Part shown: positions 37,636 to 50,815 of the stretch, one piece after another
Position numbering within the stretch: position 1 is the first letter of the stretch
Layout of the letters: each line of letters begins with the position of its first letter
DNA from: Mobula hypostoma
Taxonomy: Eukaryota
Assembly (NCBI RefSeq): GCF_963921235.1
Contig: NC_086108.1
Coordinates: forward strand, 8,494,001 to 8,558,000
DNA: 64,000 nucleotides
Direction: 5' to 3'
Notes under the pieces: generated by a model
The model's database searches: none
What the model was told of the DNA's origin: nothing
The model's input: only the letters and a program-made list of their open reading frames with translations
Translations under genes and position numbers: made by a program

Positions 37636-40500
37636 ATAGACCAGAAGGCATAGGAGTAGAATTAGGCTAATTTGGCCCATCGAATTTGCTCTAGCATTCA
37701 ATCATGGCTGATCCTTTTCTCCCCTCCTCAACCCCATTTCCCGGCCTTCTCCCGGTAACCTTTGACACCATGTCCAAACAAGAACCTATCAAGCTCTGCC
37801 TTAAATACACCCAACGATCTGGCCTACACGGCTGCCTGTGGTAATAAATTCCACAAATTCACCACCATCTGGCTGAAGAAATTTCTCCGCATCTCTGTTT
37901 TAAATGGACCCCCCTCTATCCTGAGGTTGTGCCCTCTTGTCCTAGACTCCCCCACCATGGGAAACATCCTTTCCACATCCACTCTCTCTAGGCCTTTCAA
38001 CATTCAAAAAGTTTCAATGAGATTCCCCCTCATCCTTCTAAATTCCAGCGAGTACAGACCCAGAGCCATCAAACGTTCCTCGTATAACCCTTTCATTTCC
38101 AGAATCATCCTTGTGAACCAGCCCTGAACCATCTCCAATACCAGCACATCTTTTCTTAGATGAGGAGCCCAAAATTGTTCACAGTACTCAGGGTGAGTGC
38201 CTTATAAAGCCTCAGCCTCACATCTCTGCTTTGGTATTCTTGACCTCTTCAAAGGAATGCTAACATTGCATTTGCCTTCCTCACCACTGACTCTACCCAC
38301 AAGTTAACCTTCAGAGTGATCTGCACGAGGGCTCCCAAGTCCCTTTGCATCTCAGATTTTTGGATTTCCCTATTTAGAAAATAGTCTGCACATTTATTTC
38401 TACCATTCGTACTACCAAAGTGCATGACCATGCATTTTCCAACATTGTATTTAATTTGCCACTTTCTTGCCCATTCTCCTAATCTGTCTAAATCCTTCTG
38501 CAGCCTACTTGTTTCCTCAACCTGTTCCTCCACCAATCTTTGTATCATCTGCCAACCTGGCAACAAAGCCATCTATTCCATCATCTAAACAATTGATATA
38601 CAGTATAAAAAGAGGTGGTCCCAACACCGACCCCTGCGGAACACCACTAGTCACTGGCAGCCAACCAGACAAGGATGCTTTTATTCCCACTTGCTGCCTC
38701 CTACCAATCAGCCAATACTCTAACCATGTTAGTAACTCTCCTGTAATATCATGGGCTCTTAACTTGGTAAGCAGTCTCACGTGTGGCACCTTGTCAAAGG
38801 CCTTCTGGAACTCCAAAGGAACAATATCCACTGCATCCCCTTTATCTATCCTACTTGTAATCTCCTCAAAGGTTCATCAGGCAGGATTTTCCCTTAAGGA
38901 AACCGTGCTGACTTTGTCTTATCTTGTCCTGTGTTACCAGGTACTCCATAACCTCATCCTTAACAATTGACTCCAACGTCTCCTAACCACTGAGATCAGG
39001 CTAATCGGTCTATAATTTCTTTTCTGCTGCCTTCCTCCTTTCTTAAAGAGTGGAGAAATAATTGCAATTTTCCAGTCCACTGGAACCATGCCAGAGTCCA
39101 ATGATTTTTGAAAGATCATTATTAATGTCTCCACAATCTTTACTGCTACCTCTTTCAGAACCCAAGGGTGTAGTTCATCTGGTTGGATGATTTATGTACC
39201 CTTGGGTCTTTCAGCTTTTTGAGCACCTTCTCCCTTGTAATAGTAACTGCACTCACTTCTCTTCCCTCGGACCCTTTAACATCTGGCACACTGTTAGTGT
39301 CTTCCACGGTGAAGACTGATACAAAATACTCATTCAGTTCATCTGTCATCTCCTTCTCCCCCCGTTTTATTATTTCTCCTGCTTCATTTTCTAGCAGTCC
39401 TATATCCATTCTCATCTCTCTTTTATTTTTTACATACTTGAATAAGGTTTTACTATCCACTTGGATATTGTTTGCTGGCTTGCTTTCATATTTCATCCTC
39501 CCCCCCCCCCATAACTGTTTTAGTTACTCTCTGTAGAGTTTTAAAAGTTTCCCAATCCTTTGACTTCCCATTAATTTCTGTTTTGATGTATGCCCTCTTT
39601 TTTTAGCTTTGACTTCCCTTGACAGCCACAGTTGTACTATGTTGCCATTTGAGTATTTCTTTGTTTTTGGAATACATCTATCCTGCACCTTCTTCATTTT
39701 TTTCCCAGAAACTCACACCATTGCTGCTCTGCTGTCATCCCTGCCAGCATCTCCTTCCAATTTACTTTGGCCAGCTCCTCTCTCATACCACTGTAATTTA
39801 CTTTACTCCACTGAAGTACTGCTATTTCACTTTAATTTACTTTACCTTCTACCTGACAAATTTCAAGTTGAACTCAATCATATTGTGATCATGGCCTCTT
39901 GAGATTTCTTTTACCTTATGCTCCCTAATCGCCTCCAGTTCATTACATAACAGCCAATCCAGTATAGCTGATCCCCTAGTAGGCTCAACGACAAACCGCT
40001 CTAAAAAGCCATCACATAGGCATCCAACAAACTCACTCTCTTGAGATCCATTACCAACCTGCTTTTCCCAATCAACCTGCATGTTGAAATCTCCCATGAC
40101 TTCTTAACATTGCCCTTTTGACACACCTTTTCTGTTTCCTGTTGTAATGTGTAGTCCACAGCCCAGCTACTGTTGTGAATCCTGTATATAACTGCCATCG
40201 GGGTCCTTTTACCCTTGCAGTTTCCGAATTCAACATCTTCCAACCCTATGTCACATCTTTCTACTGATTTGATGCCAATTTTTACCAGAAGAGCCATGTC
40301 ACCCCCTCTGCCAACTTTCCTATCCCTCTGCTACAATGTATAACCTTGGACATTCAGCTCCCAACTACAACCATCCTTCAACCACGATTCAGTGATGGCC
40401 ACAACATCATACCTGACAATCTGTAATAGTGCAACAAGATCATCCACCTTATTTCTTACACTCCACGCATTGAAATATAGCACCTTGAGTACCGCATTTG
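37636..40500 (-). mobile_element. CR1 LINE, degenerate ORF2 (APE endonuclease to 3' end)
   Basis: MGDFN..PTRGSAILD..DHN, EFQKAFDKVPH, SGVPQGSVLGP, LADDTKIG; CR1 3' UTR. Confidence 0.9.
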
Positions 40501-40842
40501 CTACCCTTTTTGATTCTGTATCCCTAATGCCAGCTGCATTGTTGTCCTAACATCTGCCTGCCCTTCCTGACAGTCCTGGTTATGCGCCCACTGATGCCAG
40601 GCAGACAATCTCAGTAGAGTGTTGACAACAGCTAGGTTCACCCATCTTGTAAACACTCTGCTCAGAGGAAGAAATGGCAAATCGCTTTTGTGGAAATATT
40701 TGCCAAGGGCAATCATGGTCAAAAAGATCATGAATTCTAGATATGAATATTTAGAATGAAAACTGAAAAATCACATACTTTTGATTTTATTTATTATTTG
40801 AAAGGTATGACGAAATATGGTTCAGCAAACAAAACTGGTGTT

Positions 40843-41115
40843 GGCACGTTAGTGTAGTGGTTAGCACAACGCTTTCCAGTGCGGGCAACCCAGGTTCAAT
40901 TCCTGCCGCTTCCCGTACAGAGTTTGTACGTATTCTCTGTGACTGCGTGGGCTTCCTCCGGGAGCTCCAGTTTCCTCCCACAGTCCAAAGACGTACCGGT
41001 TGGTAGGTTAATTGGTCTTTGTAAATTGTCCCATGTTTAGGCTAGTGTTAAGTCGGGAAATTGCTAGGTGGCACGGCTCGAAGGGCCAAATGGCCTACTC
41101 CACACATAAAATAAA
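40843..41115 (+). mobile_element. tRNA-derived SINE (related copies at about 12150-12340 -, 13655-13790 +, 19370-19625 -)
   Basis: A-box-like TAGTGTAGTGG and B-box GGTTCAATTCC, conserved body, short A-rich tail. Confidence 0.75.
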
Positions 41116-43801
41116 ACATCTTTCACATTTTACAAACTTTTTCTAGCTGCTTCCAATTCCAAGTGCATTGCAATGAAGGCTATGTGTGCAGTACTGTTGA
41201 GCCAGGCACCTGGGCAGCACAGAGGGAACAGAGGTTTCAGCACAGCACAAGAGCAGGGCTGAAAGGACGTGATTGTACGTACTTCGAAAGATGTGTAACT
41301 TTGGCTGGTTGATGGTGAATCTGTGGAATTCTCTGCCACAGGAAACAGTTGAGGCCAGTTCATTGGCTATATTTAAGAGGGAGTTAGATATGGCCCTTGT
41401 GGCTATGGGGATCAGGGGGTATGGAGGGAAGGCTGGTGCAGGGTTCTGAGTTGGATGATCAGCCATGATCATAATAAATAGTGGTGCAGGCTCAAAGGGC
41501 CGAATGGCCTACTCCTGCACCTATTTTCTATGTTTCTATGGTTGGGTTGAGTTGTTCTCCAAACTTGGCAATCCATTTGCAAACATTTCATCACCATATG
41601 AGTAGACATCATCAGCGTGCTGTTGATTGTGGTGTACCACCTCCCCCCCCCCCCCGAAGGCTTGGCCTTTATATACTCATCAATCAGCAGATTAGCCATC
41701 ATTGCAGAAACTCGGTTGTGATACAGGAAGGAAATCTCGTTGCTGATCAGCTGAGTGGCAAACCTTGTGTGTTGTGATCTGGAATCTTGCCCACATTGGC
41801 TCATAAATAGTCTCCCGACTCTCTATGCATGAGGATTGAGTGGAGCACACGTTGGACTGGTCAAGAAGCAAGCGAACGTGCTGTATGCAAGAGAATTCCT
41901 AGAAGCAGACTTTTCTGTGAACAATTCTGTAAACAAACACATTGACCTCAATCCCACTTATGAGCTGATGTGGGCAAAATTCCAGACCACATCAAGCTCT
42001 TTGAACGGCTTCCATGCGATTTTCTCTGGTCCCACTAGAGGATTTTCAAACTGCCTATCATTGACGTGGCAACGCGCTTGATTTATCGACCAACAAAAAC
42101 GACTTCCTTAACCTTGGCATCAGCTGTTATGGGGAAACATCTGTCTCAAATATCGAAATCCTTCATGAAAGTTTATAGCCTTTCTAAAACCTGTCCTGTC
42201 ATACAGAATCTGCTCTGCCTGGGCATTCCCAGGCCTGTCTGGACAAGGTAGAAAACTTCTCCTCTTTACATTGTGGGCAACATTTTAATTGTCTTGAATT
42301 ATGAATTGAAATAATAAATACTGTATAGGTGATTTAAAAAAAAATGTGACAGGGAAATTTTCATGATCAGCAGCCCAAAATCCTTAAGCTACTGATCTCT
42401 GTTGCCCTATGTTATCTGTGAAGTACTTTTGCTTTGAGAAAGGTTGTAGAATTAGAAATATGTCATCTAAGTTAAGTGAATGCACACTAAGAATGCAAAT
42501 TCCCCTTGCCTATACTCTGGAGTGGGAGAAGCTAAAGATGGCGCCAGCAATTTTTGCAGACCTGGGCGACTTCTTCCAGTTCCTCTACAAAATGGTTTCT
42601 TCTTCTTCTTTTCTCATGTCTTTCTTTTCTTTTCAAGGTGGCTGGGGTCCTGTCAGAGTCCATGATCTGCAGTTGCAGCTTAAACTATGGTTGTCCACGG
42701 GCAGTGGTTCTCACTCTCGGATTCGCTCTGTGGCCTGCCGTTTCACTATCTCCAGGGGCGACCCGGAAGACAGGCACAGGGGGTGACCCAATACCTCACC
42801 GTTGTTGCCAAATAAAGCATCACAGGAGACTGAAATATCAAGACGGTCGGCGGTGTGCACTGCGGTCAGAAGGCCTCCGCACTCAAGCGATCTCTCTGTC
42901 TCTCTTGATAGTGAGTGAGATTCTGCTGATCTGTGAGTCGGGGAACTCAGACAAGTGACTCGGCAGATTGTAACATCGAAACAGCGGGTTGCTAGTCTCC
43001 CCTTTCGTTGTTGCAGGAGCGATATCTCTCGCCCTCACTAGTGAAAGAGAGCCTGTCTGAGATATCAACGTGTCAGGATGGACTGCAGTTTTTGATGACT
43101 CTGGACAAGGTCTCTTTGGGGGCATCACTTTTGGTGGCTGCTGGCATGGTGGGTGGGTGAGGGGATTTTTGCTGGAACAAGTGAGGGGAGGGTCGATGCT
43201 TTACCTGCTGCTTGCGAATGGGAGGGGCTTTGGGGTTCTGATTTTTCTGTCATTCTTGAGGGATTTTTTTTCTGTTTCGTGGATGTCTGTGAAGAGTAAG
43301 AATTTCAGGTTGTATACTGTATACATTCTCTGATATTAAATTGAACTATTTGAACCTTTTGTACCACTCTTACACTGTAATTGTAACACAGCATTTCTGT
43401 TTTTATGCTTTTATGTACCTCAACGTTATTATGCATGGCATGATCTAGCTGAGTGGCACACGAACAAAAGCTTTTCACTGTATCCAGGAGACACAAGAGG
43501 CCTCAGAGACAGGAATCTGGGACAATCTGCTGAGGAACTCAGTGTTTGTGCAGCAACCATGGGAGAGAAGGAATTAGAATCAGCTTAACCAACTGCCCAT
43601 TATACCGCTGGCATTTAGAGCAGCAGTGAAGGTCCTCTGTCTCTGCTGGTGTTCAGGGCTTCCTTCATCATGTCAGTAGCTTCCTCTCGGTTTTCACTAC
43701 TGCCAGTCGTACAAGTCCCGGGTGGAGACTCAGGAATACCCTCACACTCAGATGTAGAAGGATTCTCCATTGCTATTTCCGTAACAATTTTTTCCGTAAC
43801 A

Positions 43802-44577
43802 TGCCCTTACACTTCCTCCCTCACCACCAGTCAGGGCCCCAGACAGTCCTTCCAGGTGAGGCGACACTTCATCTGTGAGTCGGCTGGGGTGATATACTGC
43901 GTCCGGTGCTCCCGATGTGGCCTTCTATATATTGGTGAGACCCGACGCAGACTGGGAGACCGCTTTGCTGAACACCTACGCTCTGTCCACCAGAGAAAGC
44001 AGGATTTCCCAGTGGCCACACATTTTAATTCCACATCCCATTCCCATTCTGACATGTCTATCCACGGCCTCCTCTACTGTAAAGATGAAGCCACACTCAG
44101 GTTGGAGGAACAACACCTTATATTCCGTCTGGGTAGCCTCCAACCTGATGGCATGAACATTGACTTCTCTAACTTCTGCTAATGCCCCACCTCCCCCTCG
44201 TACCCCATCCGTTATTTATTTTTATACACACATTCTTTCTCTCACTCTCATTTTTCTCCCTCTGTCCCTCTGACTATACCCCTTGCCCATCCTCTGTGTT
44301 CCCCCCCCCCTTTTCCTTCTCCCTGGGCCTCGTGTCCCATGATCCTCTCGTATCCCTTTTGCCAATCACCTGTCCAGCTCTTGGCTCCATCCCTCCCCCT
44401 CCCCCTCCCACTTTCAAATCTCTTACTAGCTCTCTCTCCAGTTAGTCCTGACGAAGGGTCTCGGCCTGAAACATCCACTGTACCTCTTCCTAGAGATGCT
44501 GCCTGGCCTGCTGCGTTCACCAGCAACTTTGATAAAGTGTGTTGCTTGAATTTCCAGCATCTGCAGAATTCCTGTTG
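43802..44577 (+). mobile_element. Penelope-like (Neptune-type) 3' fragment: GIY-YIG endonuclease + pseudo-LTR
   Basis: GVIYCVRCSRCGLLYIGETRRRLGDRFAEHLRSV..PVATHFN..LGSLQPDGMN; decayed hammerhead 44444-44479; duplication TTTCCGTAACAATTTT at 43776-43791 and 44578-44593. Confidence 0.9.
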
Positions 44578-45784
44578 TTTCCGTAACAATTTTGTTTGAC
44601 TAGTCAGGGTTGTTAGCCCTGAGCTGAACCCCCGACCTTGGAGGAATGATGGACCATTCACTGAATGTTTTTCGTTTTTGCACCATTCTGTGTAAACTCT
44701 AGAGACTGCTGTGTGTGAAAATCCCTGGAGATCAGCAGTTTCTGAGATACTCAAACCATCCCATCTGGCAACAACAACCGAAGTCAGTGAGATTATATCT
44801 CCTCCCCAATCTGATGTTTAGTCTGAACAACAACTGAACCTCTCGACCATGTCTGCGTGCTTTTATGCATTGAGTTACTGCCAGATGATTGGCTGATTAG
44901 ATATTTGCATTAACGAGCAGTGCACAGGTATACCTAATGAACTGGTCACTGAGTGTGTGGTACTGTACGAAACTCTTCGGCACCCTAGATTTTAAATGGT
45001 TTCAGATAGTGTGGCCTCCACAGAGCCCTGATCTCAACATCACCGAGGCTGCCTGGGGTTACTCGGAGAGACTGAACAAACCACACATCCTGGGACTGTG
45101 TCCCCTGGTCTCTCCAGCCAAGAGAAATGCCCAACCGGTCAGTCCCTCTCAATATCGGCTCCACTAATTCTGTCCAGAGAGCCAACTACTGCTTCGAACA
45201 GGGGTGGCTGTTCCGTTTTGTAACTTCAAAACTTTAAACTAATTCAACAATGCTTAATCAACCAATACATATATACACAAAATATAACTAAAATATTAAA
45301 GACACAACAGTGGCGAACGCACGAGTGAAAATGTGACATCAGAATCAGATTTATTATCACTGGCATGTGTCATGAAATTTGTTAACTTAGCAGCAGCAGT
45401 TCAATGCAATATACAATTATATAGAAAAAAATGAATAAGTAAATTGATTACAGTAAGTATATATATGCATATTAAACTGATAAATTAAAAATAGTGGAAA
45501 AACTGAAATAATATTTTAAAAAATGAGGGGGTATTTCAAGGCTTCAGTGTCCATTCAGAAATCAGATGGCAGAGGGGAAGGAGCTGTTCCTGAATCGTTG
45601 AGTGTGTGCCTTCAGGCTCCTGTACCTCCTCCCTGACGGTAGCAATGAGAAGAGGGCACGTCCTGGGTGGTGGGGGTCCTTAATGATGGACGCCGTCCTT
45701 CTGAGGCATCGCTCCTTGAAGATGTTTGGGTTACTATGGAGACATTCAGGGCTGCCCATTGATTCCTTAAACTACACTCATAAT

Positions 45785-46330
45785 AATAGATTAGGGGACC
45801 GGTTCATCGAGCACCTCCACTCCGTCCACCACAACAGACAGGATCTCCCGGTAGCCACCCACTTCAACTCTGCTTCCCATTTCCCATTCAGATATGTCCA
45901 TACATGGCCTCCTCTACTGCCATGATGAGGTTAAACTCAGGTTGGAGGAGCAACACCTCATATATCGTCTAGGTAGTCTCCAGCCCCTTGGTATGAACAT
46001 AGAATTCTCCAACTTCCAGTAATTCCCTCCCCCTCCCTTCCCCTATCCCTATTTCACATCACCTCCCTCATAGTTCCACCTCCTTCTACTACTGCGCATT
46101 GTTCTCCTGCCAATCACCTCCCTGCTTCCCCTCCCCCAAACCCTTTGTCTTTCAAATTACTGTTTTTTTTTCAACTACCAGCATTCTTCAAACCCTCCCC
46201 AAAGTTCTTCCTTCAGTCCTGACGAAGGGTTTCGGCCCGAAACGTCGACTAATCTTTTCAACTGATGCTGACTGATCTGCAGAGTTCCTCCAGCGCATTG
46301 TGAGTGTTCCTTTGACAACGGCATCTCAGA
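45785..46330 (+). mobile_element. Penelope-like 3' fragment
   Basis: RLGDRFIEHLHSV..LPVATHFN; same 3' UTR architecture as the 43.8-kb copy. Confidence 0.85.
46215..46250 (+). ncRNA. Minimal type I hammerhead ribozyme (Penelope-associated)
   Basis: AGUC-CUGACGA-A-GGGU UUCG GCCC-GAAA-CG-UC-GACU; stem I AGUC/GACU; vestigial palindromic stem III. Confidence 0.85.
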
Positions 46331-47559
46331 TTATTTTGTGCTTACCCATAATAGCAGTGCGATCACTCAAGTCAAGTATGATGTTCTCCTGGGGGGTTAA
46401 TGGAGAATGCACGTGTGAGACTTGGTTTAATGTGGTGATTCCGATACACGGCCTGGAGTGCAAGACACCTGGGGAGTGCAGCCTTCCTCGCCCTTCACTG
46501 CTTTTGTGACGTGTCAACATCTTCTGCCAGCTCCACCACTGAGGTCTTGGCTGGATCGTTCTTTCTCTGGAAACCGCCCTTGACTTACCACCACAAGCAA
46601 CTCTACCAGGAGCTAAGTGCCAGGTGGCATTGCTCTTGGGATCTCAGGAACACAACAGCCTCTCCACCACCACAAGGTGACAATCCTCGGAAAAGCCACC
46701 CATATGTAGAGGGCAATAGACGGGGTAAATGCAAGCCGGCTTTTTTCAACTGAGGTTGGGTGGGAGTACAGTTAGAGGCCATGGGTTAAGGGTGAAAGGT
46801 GAAAAGTTTAAGGGGAACCTGAGGGGAAACTTCTTCACTCAGAGGGTGGTGAGAGTGTGGAATGAGCTGCCAGCACAAGTGGTGCATGCGAGTTCGATTT
46901 CAACATTTCAAAGATGTTTGGATAGGTACATAGATGGTAGGGGTATGGACGGTTATGGTCCCAGCATAGCTCAATGGGAGTAGACAGTTTCAATGGTTCA
47001 GCATTGACCAGATGGGCCAAAGGTCCTGTTTCTGTGCTATGACTCCCATGAAAAGATGCATAAGGATTACCTTTACCATTGAATGAAGTGGTGAATGATT
47101 TTTCACAAACTACGGTTCAACTGAGCAACAAATTATGTATTTAAATGAAATACAGAACAAATTAGAGTACCATAAAACTGTGAATTGGTTGCTAACAGTT
47201 ATTGATGGAGGAATTCATCTTCTGTACGCTGCCATACTCTTTTGATTGATTGTAAATGAAGGCAGCTCTGGTGGACGGGAGGGAAGATGCCTACAGAGAG
47301 ATCCAATGGTCAGCAATGCAGTTAAATGAAGGCAGCTCTGGTGGACGGGAGGGAAGATGCCTACAGAGAGATCCAATGGTCAGGAATGCAGTTCAACAAA
47401 GTGCCATGGAGAGCAAAGGGCAGGACAAGGCACAGACAACGTCATGGTCATCCACTGCAACCAAGGAAGACCACAGTTGTGAAGACCACTCACACCACTG
47501 TCCCCGGACTTCCCAGGCCAGGAGAGAGGAACTGCCCCAGTGCAAGGGCTTTTCACTTT

Positions 47560-48045
47560 AAAAACTCTCCCACACAGGTTTCCCGTCATCGGACACGATG
47601 GGAAAAACTCTCCCACACAGGTTTTCTGTCATCGGACACAATGGGAAAATCTCTCCCACACAGGATTTCCTGTCATTGGACACGATGGGAAAATCTCTCC
47701 CTCACAGGTTTCCCATCATCGGACACGATGGGAAAATCTCACCCACACGGGTTTTCCTGTCATCATCGGACACGATGGGAAAATATCACCCACACAGGAT
47801 TTCCTCATTGGACACAATGGGAAAAACTCTCCCACACAGGATTTCCCACCATCGGACATGATGGGAAAAACTCTCCCACACAGGATTTCCCACCATCGGA
47901 CACGATGGGAAAAACTCTCCCACACAGGATTTCCCATCATCGGACATGATGGGAAAAACTCTCCCACACAGGATTTCCCATCATCAGACATGATGGGAAA
48001 AACTCTCCCACACAGGTTTTCCTGTCATTGTCAGACACGATGGAT
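47560..48045. repeat. About 44-bp minisatellite with internal inverted repeat (about 11 units)
   Basis: AAAACTCTCCCACACAGGATTTCCCATCATCGGACACGATGGGA; preceded by a 70-bp direct duplication at about 47253-47392. Confidence 0.9.
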
Positions 48046-50815
48046 GACCGTGACTACACGAACAAAGTCACCACATCACAGACAACCAGTGCAGATACTG
48101 GACTGCCTTCATACAATGCTTTCGATGAATGCATCCGCCAAATCTTCGTTTCCATTGTAACATTCAAGATGATTGTCAGTACCTTCAAATTCTTCGTAGT
48201 TCCTAACTTGTTGAAGTAGTGAAATCATTTCATTTTCTCTCACATCTCATATGACCATCCACCACCTGCTCCTATGGCTTCACGTTACTCTGATCTGGTG
48301 GGGCGGGTAAGCAGGTACTACACCTTACTTAAGAGTGAAGAAGCGCTTCACACCTTCTTTGGTAGAAACGTATCTGCACCCCGCCACCTGATGATTCAAT
48401 GTACATGCAACAAATAAAGCCCATCCTCTCTTTAAGAACCTGCTGCTGTGTGGACAACCAACAGATTCCAGCTATTGTGATTGGGTTCTGAAGAAAGCTT
48501 TGTTAAGTGTTACTCTGCAAATTCCCAGCACAGATGGGACTTTTATCTCAGCCTCTGCCTGATCTGCTGATGGGGAAAATCTCGAAGTCATTTGCTGCTG
48601 TGTTCACTTTGGAACTCTCCAGGGATTTTCCATCCATTAAACCCGGAATCTGAATTTCTATCCTTGCCTGGATGGCAAACCAATAGAATCAGAATCAGGT
48701 TTAACATCACTGGTATCACTGAAATTTGTCGTTTTGCAGTAGCAGTACCATACAGTAAGATATACTGTACTTTACAGTTTTACATATAGATACAGAGATC
48801 GGGTGGTGGGGTGGAGGGTCTCTACCAAAGGAGGTGTCAGGGCCTCCTTCCCTCCACTAGTCTTCAGGTCACCCTTGGGCACGGTGTAGCACCTGCTTAG
48901 CCCCCGTATTCACTGGAATCCACTGTATATAATCACTGTGTGCCATGCCTAGTGATGTGGGCGATCATTGTCTTGACCACGACTGTTCTTGACATCAAAT
49001 CCTCAAGGGAAATGTATCATTTGTGCCAAGGACCAACTCATTCCGAGGATTGTGCTGGGGGCTGGGGGCAGCCCGCAAGTGTCGCCACACCTCTGGTGCC
49101 AACACAGCGTGCCCACACCTCACTAACCCAAACTGGTATTCCTTTGGAGGAAACCGGAGCACCTGGAGGAAACCCATGTGGTCATGGGGAGAACATACAA
49201 ATTCCTTACAGACAGCGGTGGGAACGAACCGGGGTCAATGGAGCAGTAACAGCATTACGATGTCTGCTACAATACTGTACCGCCCTTCACTGATGTTCAT
49301 ATTTCAAGAAAATTAATCTGCAGGATACTGAAAAAAAGGTTTTAAAAATATTGATAATTTCTGAGCAGCAGAGAGCTCCCATGAGCCAATCCCTGGAGTC
49401 TGTGTTCACAATATGAAACGATACATTGTCCAGATCCAACTTCAAGATCTTTTTTGTTCTGCTAATAAGGAGGGGGCATTCTGAACAAAGACACTCGTAA
49501 TACTTTGCCATTGCTGTTACGGTACTGACTAAGATCTTCTCTGAGGATCATCACTTCGTCATGGCGGAGAGGCTTGTGAGGTCAAGGGCGAGGGTCCAGA
49601 CAAAGAGCGATCCAACCAAGATCTCCATGGTGGAGCTGGTGGATGATGAAGACACATCACAAAGCAGTGAAGATGGAGGAGGGCTGAGACCCCAGTCGTC
49701 TTGCATTCCACGCTACGGGACTCTGACCCCGACCTGTCAGAGGTCATGCGGTGGCTGCCCGTACATCAGCCTCTCCACATTAAACAAAGTCACACACACG
49801 CGTTCTCCATTAAGCGAAACCATCCTAACATCCTGAAATAAGATGGGTGGTTCTCAGAAAGTGGTGAAATGGGACAGGAGTGTGAGGTCTGGAAGCCCCT
49901 CAGATCCACCTGTGCAGCCATTTGAAGACCCACCAATGGAGAACATGGTACTCAACTCGAGTAATTGCACCACTACTAACGACAAAGTTACGTTCAGTGG
50001 GTAGTGCTGGTGATCTTGGCTGTCTGGTTACTAACTGCAGCCTCCAAACTGCAGCTGTTGAACTGTACCTAGCCCATTACTGAATAAGATCACAGACAAT
50101 CTGATTGTACTTGCAACATCACAATCCTGTCTACATGTAGAGATCTTTCTCTGCCTGGTTTATCTGGAGCAGGGCTTCACTAACCTTTTTATGCCATGGA
50201 CTGCTCAATTACCCCAGGGGTCTGTGGGCACCAGGTTGGAAACCCTGATCTAGAATATGCCCACTTCTACCTCATCAAATTCAAGTTTATTGTGATCTGA
50301 CTGTACATGCAGTATATACAACCAAACAAAACAACGTTCCTCCAGACCATGGTGTGCCCACGCAGTGCTCCGGATTTCTTCCTCGGGGTTTACTGCCGAA
50401 GCCTTTCCCACGGGTGGGTACGGCCTCAAGGCAGTGGAGGTTTAAAATCAGAGTTTTCCTTTCCTAGACAGGCTGCCGCCCAGGGCTGACGAGCCCCACC
50501 TGCCCGAAGCAACTGGTTTTGAGGCGCCTTTGGCCCTTCTCTTGTCAGTAGAAACAGTTTCACCGGCCCTAGTGGCTAAGCCACACGTGAAGGCCGAGAG
50601 TTGGACTTGGTTGTTAGAGGCTGTTAGAGTCACACGCCATCTGGAGCACTTTATAGGAAAAGAACTATAATAGACTGACAAACAACCAATTTGCGAAAGA
50701 AGACAAACTGTGCAAATAGAAAAATAATACTCAGAAAATGAACTAGAGGTCATTGGTTAGGGGTGAAAGGTGAACTGTTTAAGGGAACATGAAGGGGGAA
50801 TCTTCTTCACTCAAA

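Noticed and set aside
40843..40920. tRNA gene
   Set aside because: Only A/B-box-like motifs followed by a SINE body; no cloverleaf.
47326..48160. Overlapping ORFs of about 200 aa
   Set aside because: Translations of the 44-bp minisatellite.
48800..48906. HDV-like ribozyme candidate (GGGTGG..TCACCC), with an inverted relative at about 48250-48390
   Set aside because: P1-like pairing is present but there is no convincing P2/P3/P1.1 or catalytic J4/2.
50370..50650. CTGACGA..CGAAGC as a hammerhead, or an HDV-like ribozyme on the minus strand
   Set aside because: I could not build stems I/III or a complete HDV fold by eye; probably an RTE-type 5' UTR remnant. An Infernal scan would settle it.
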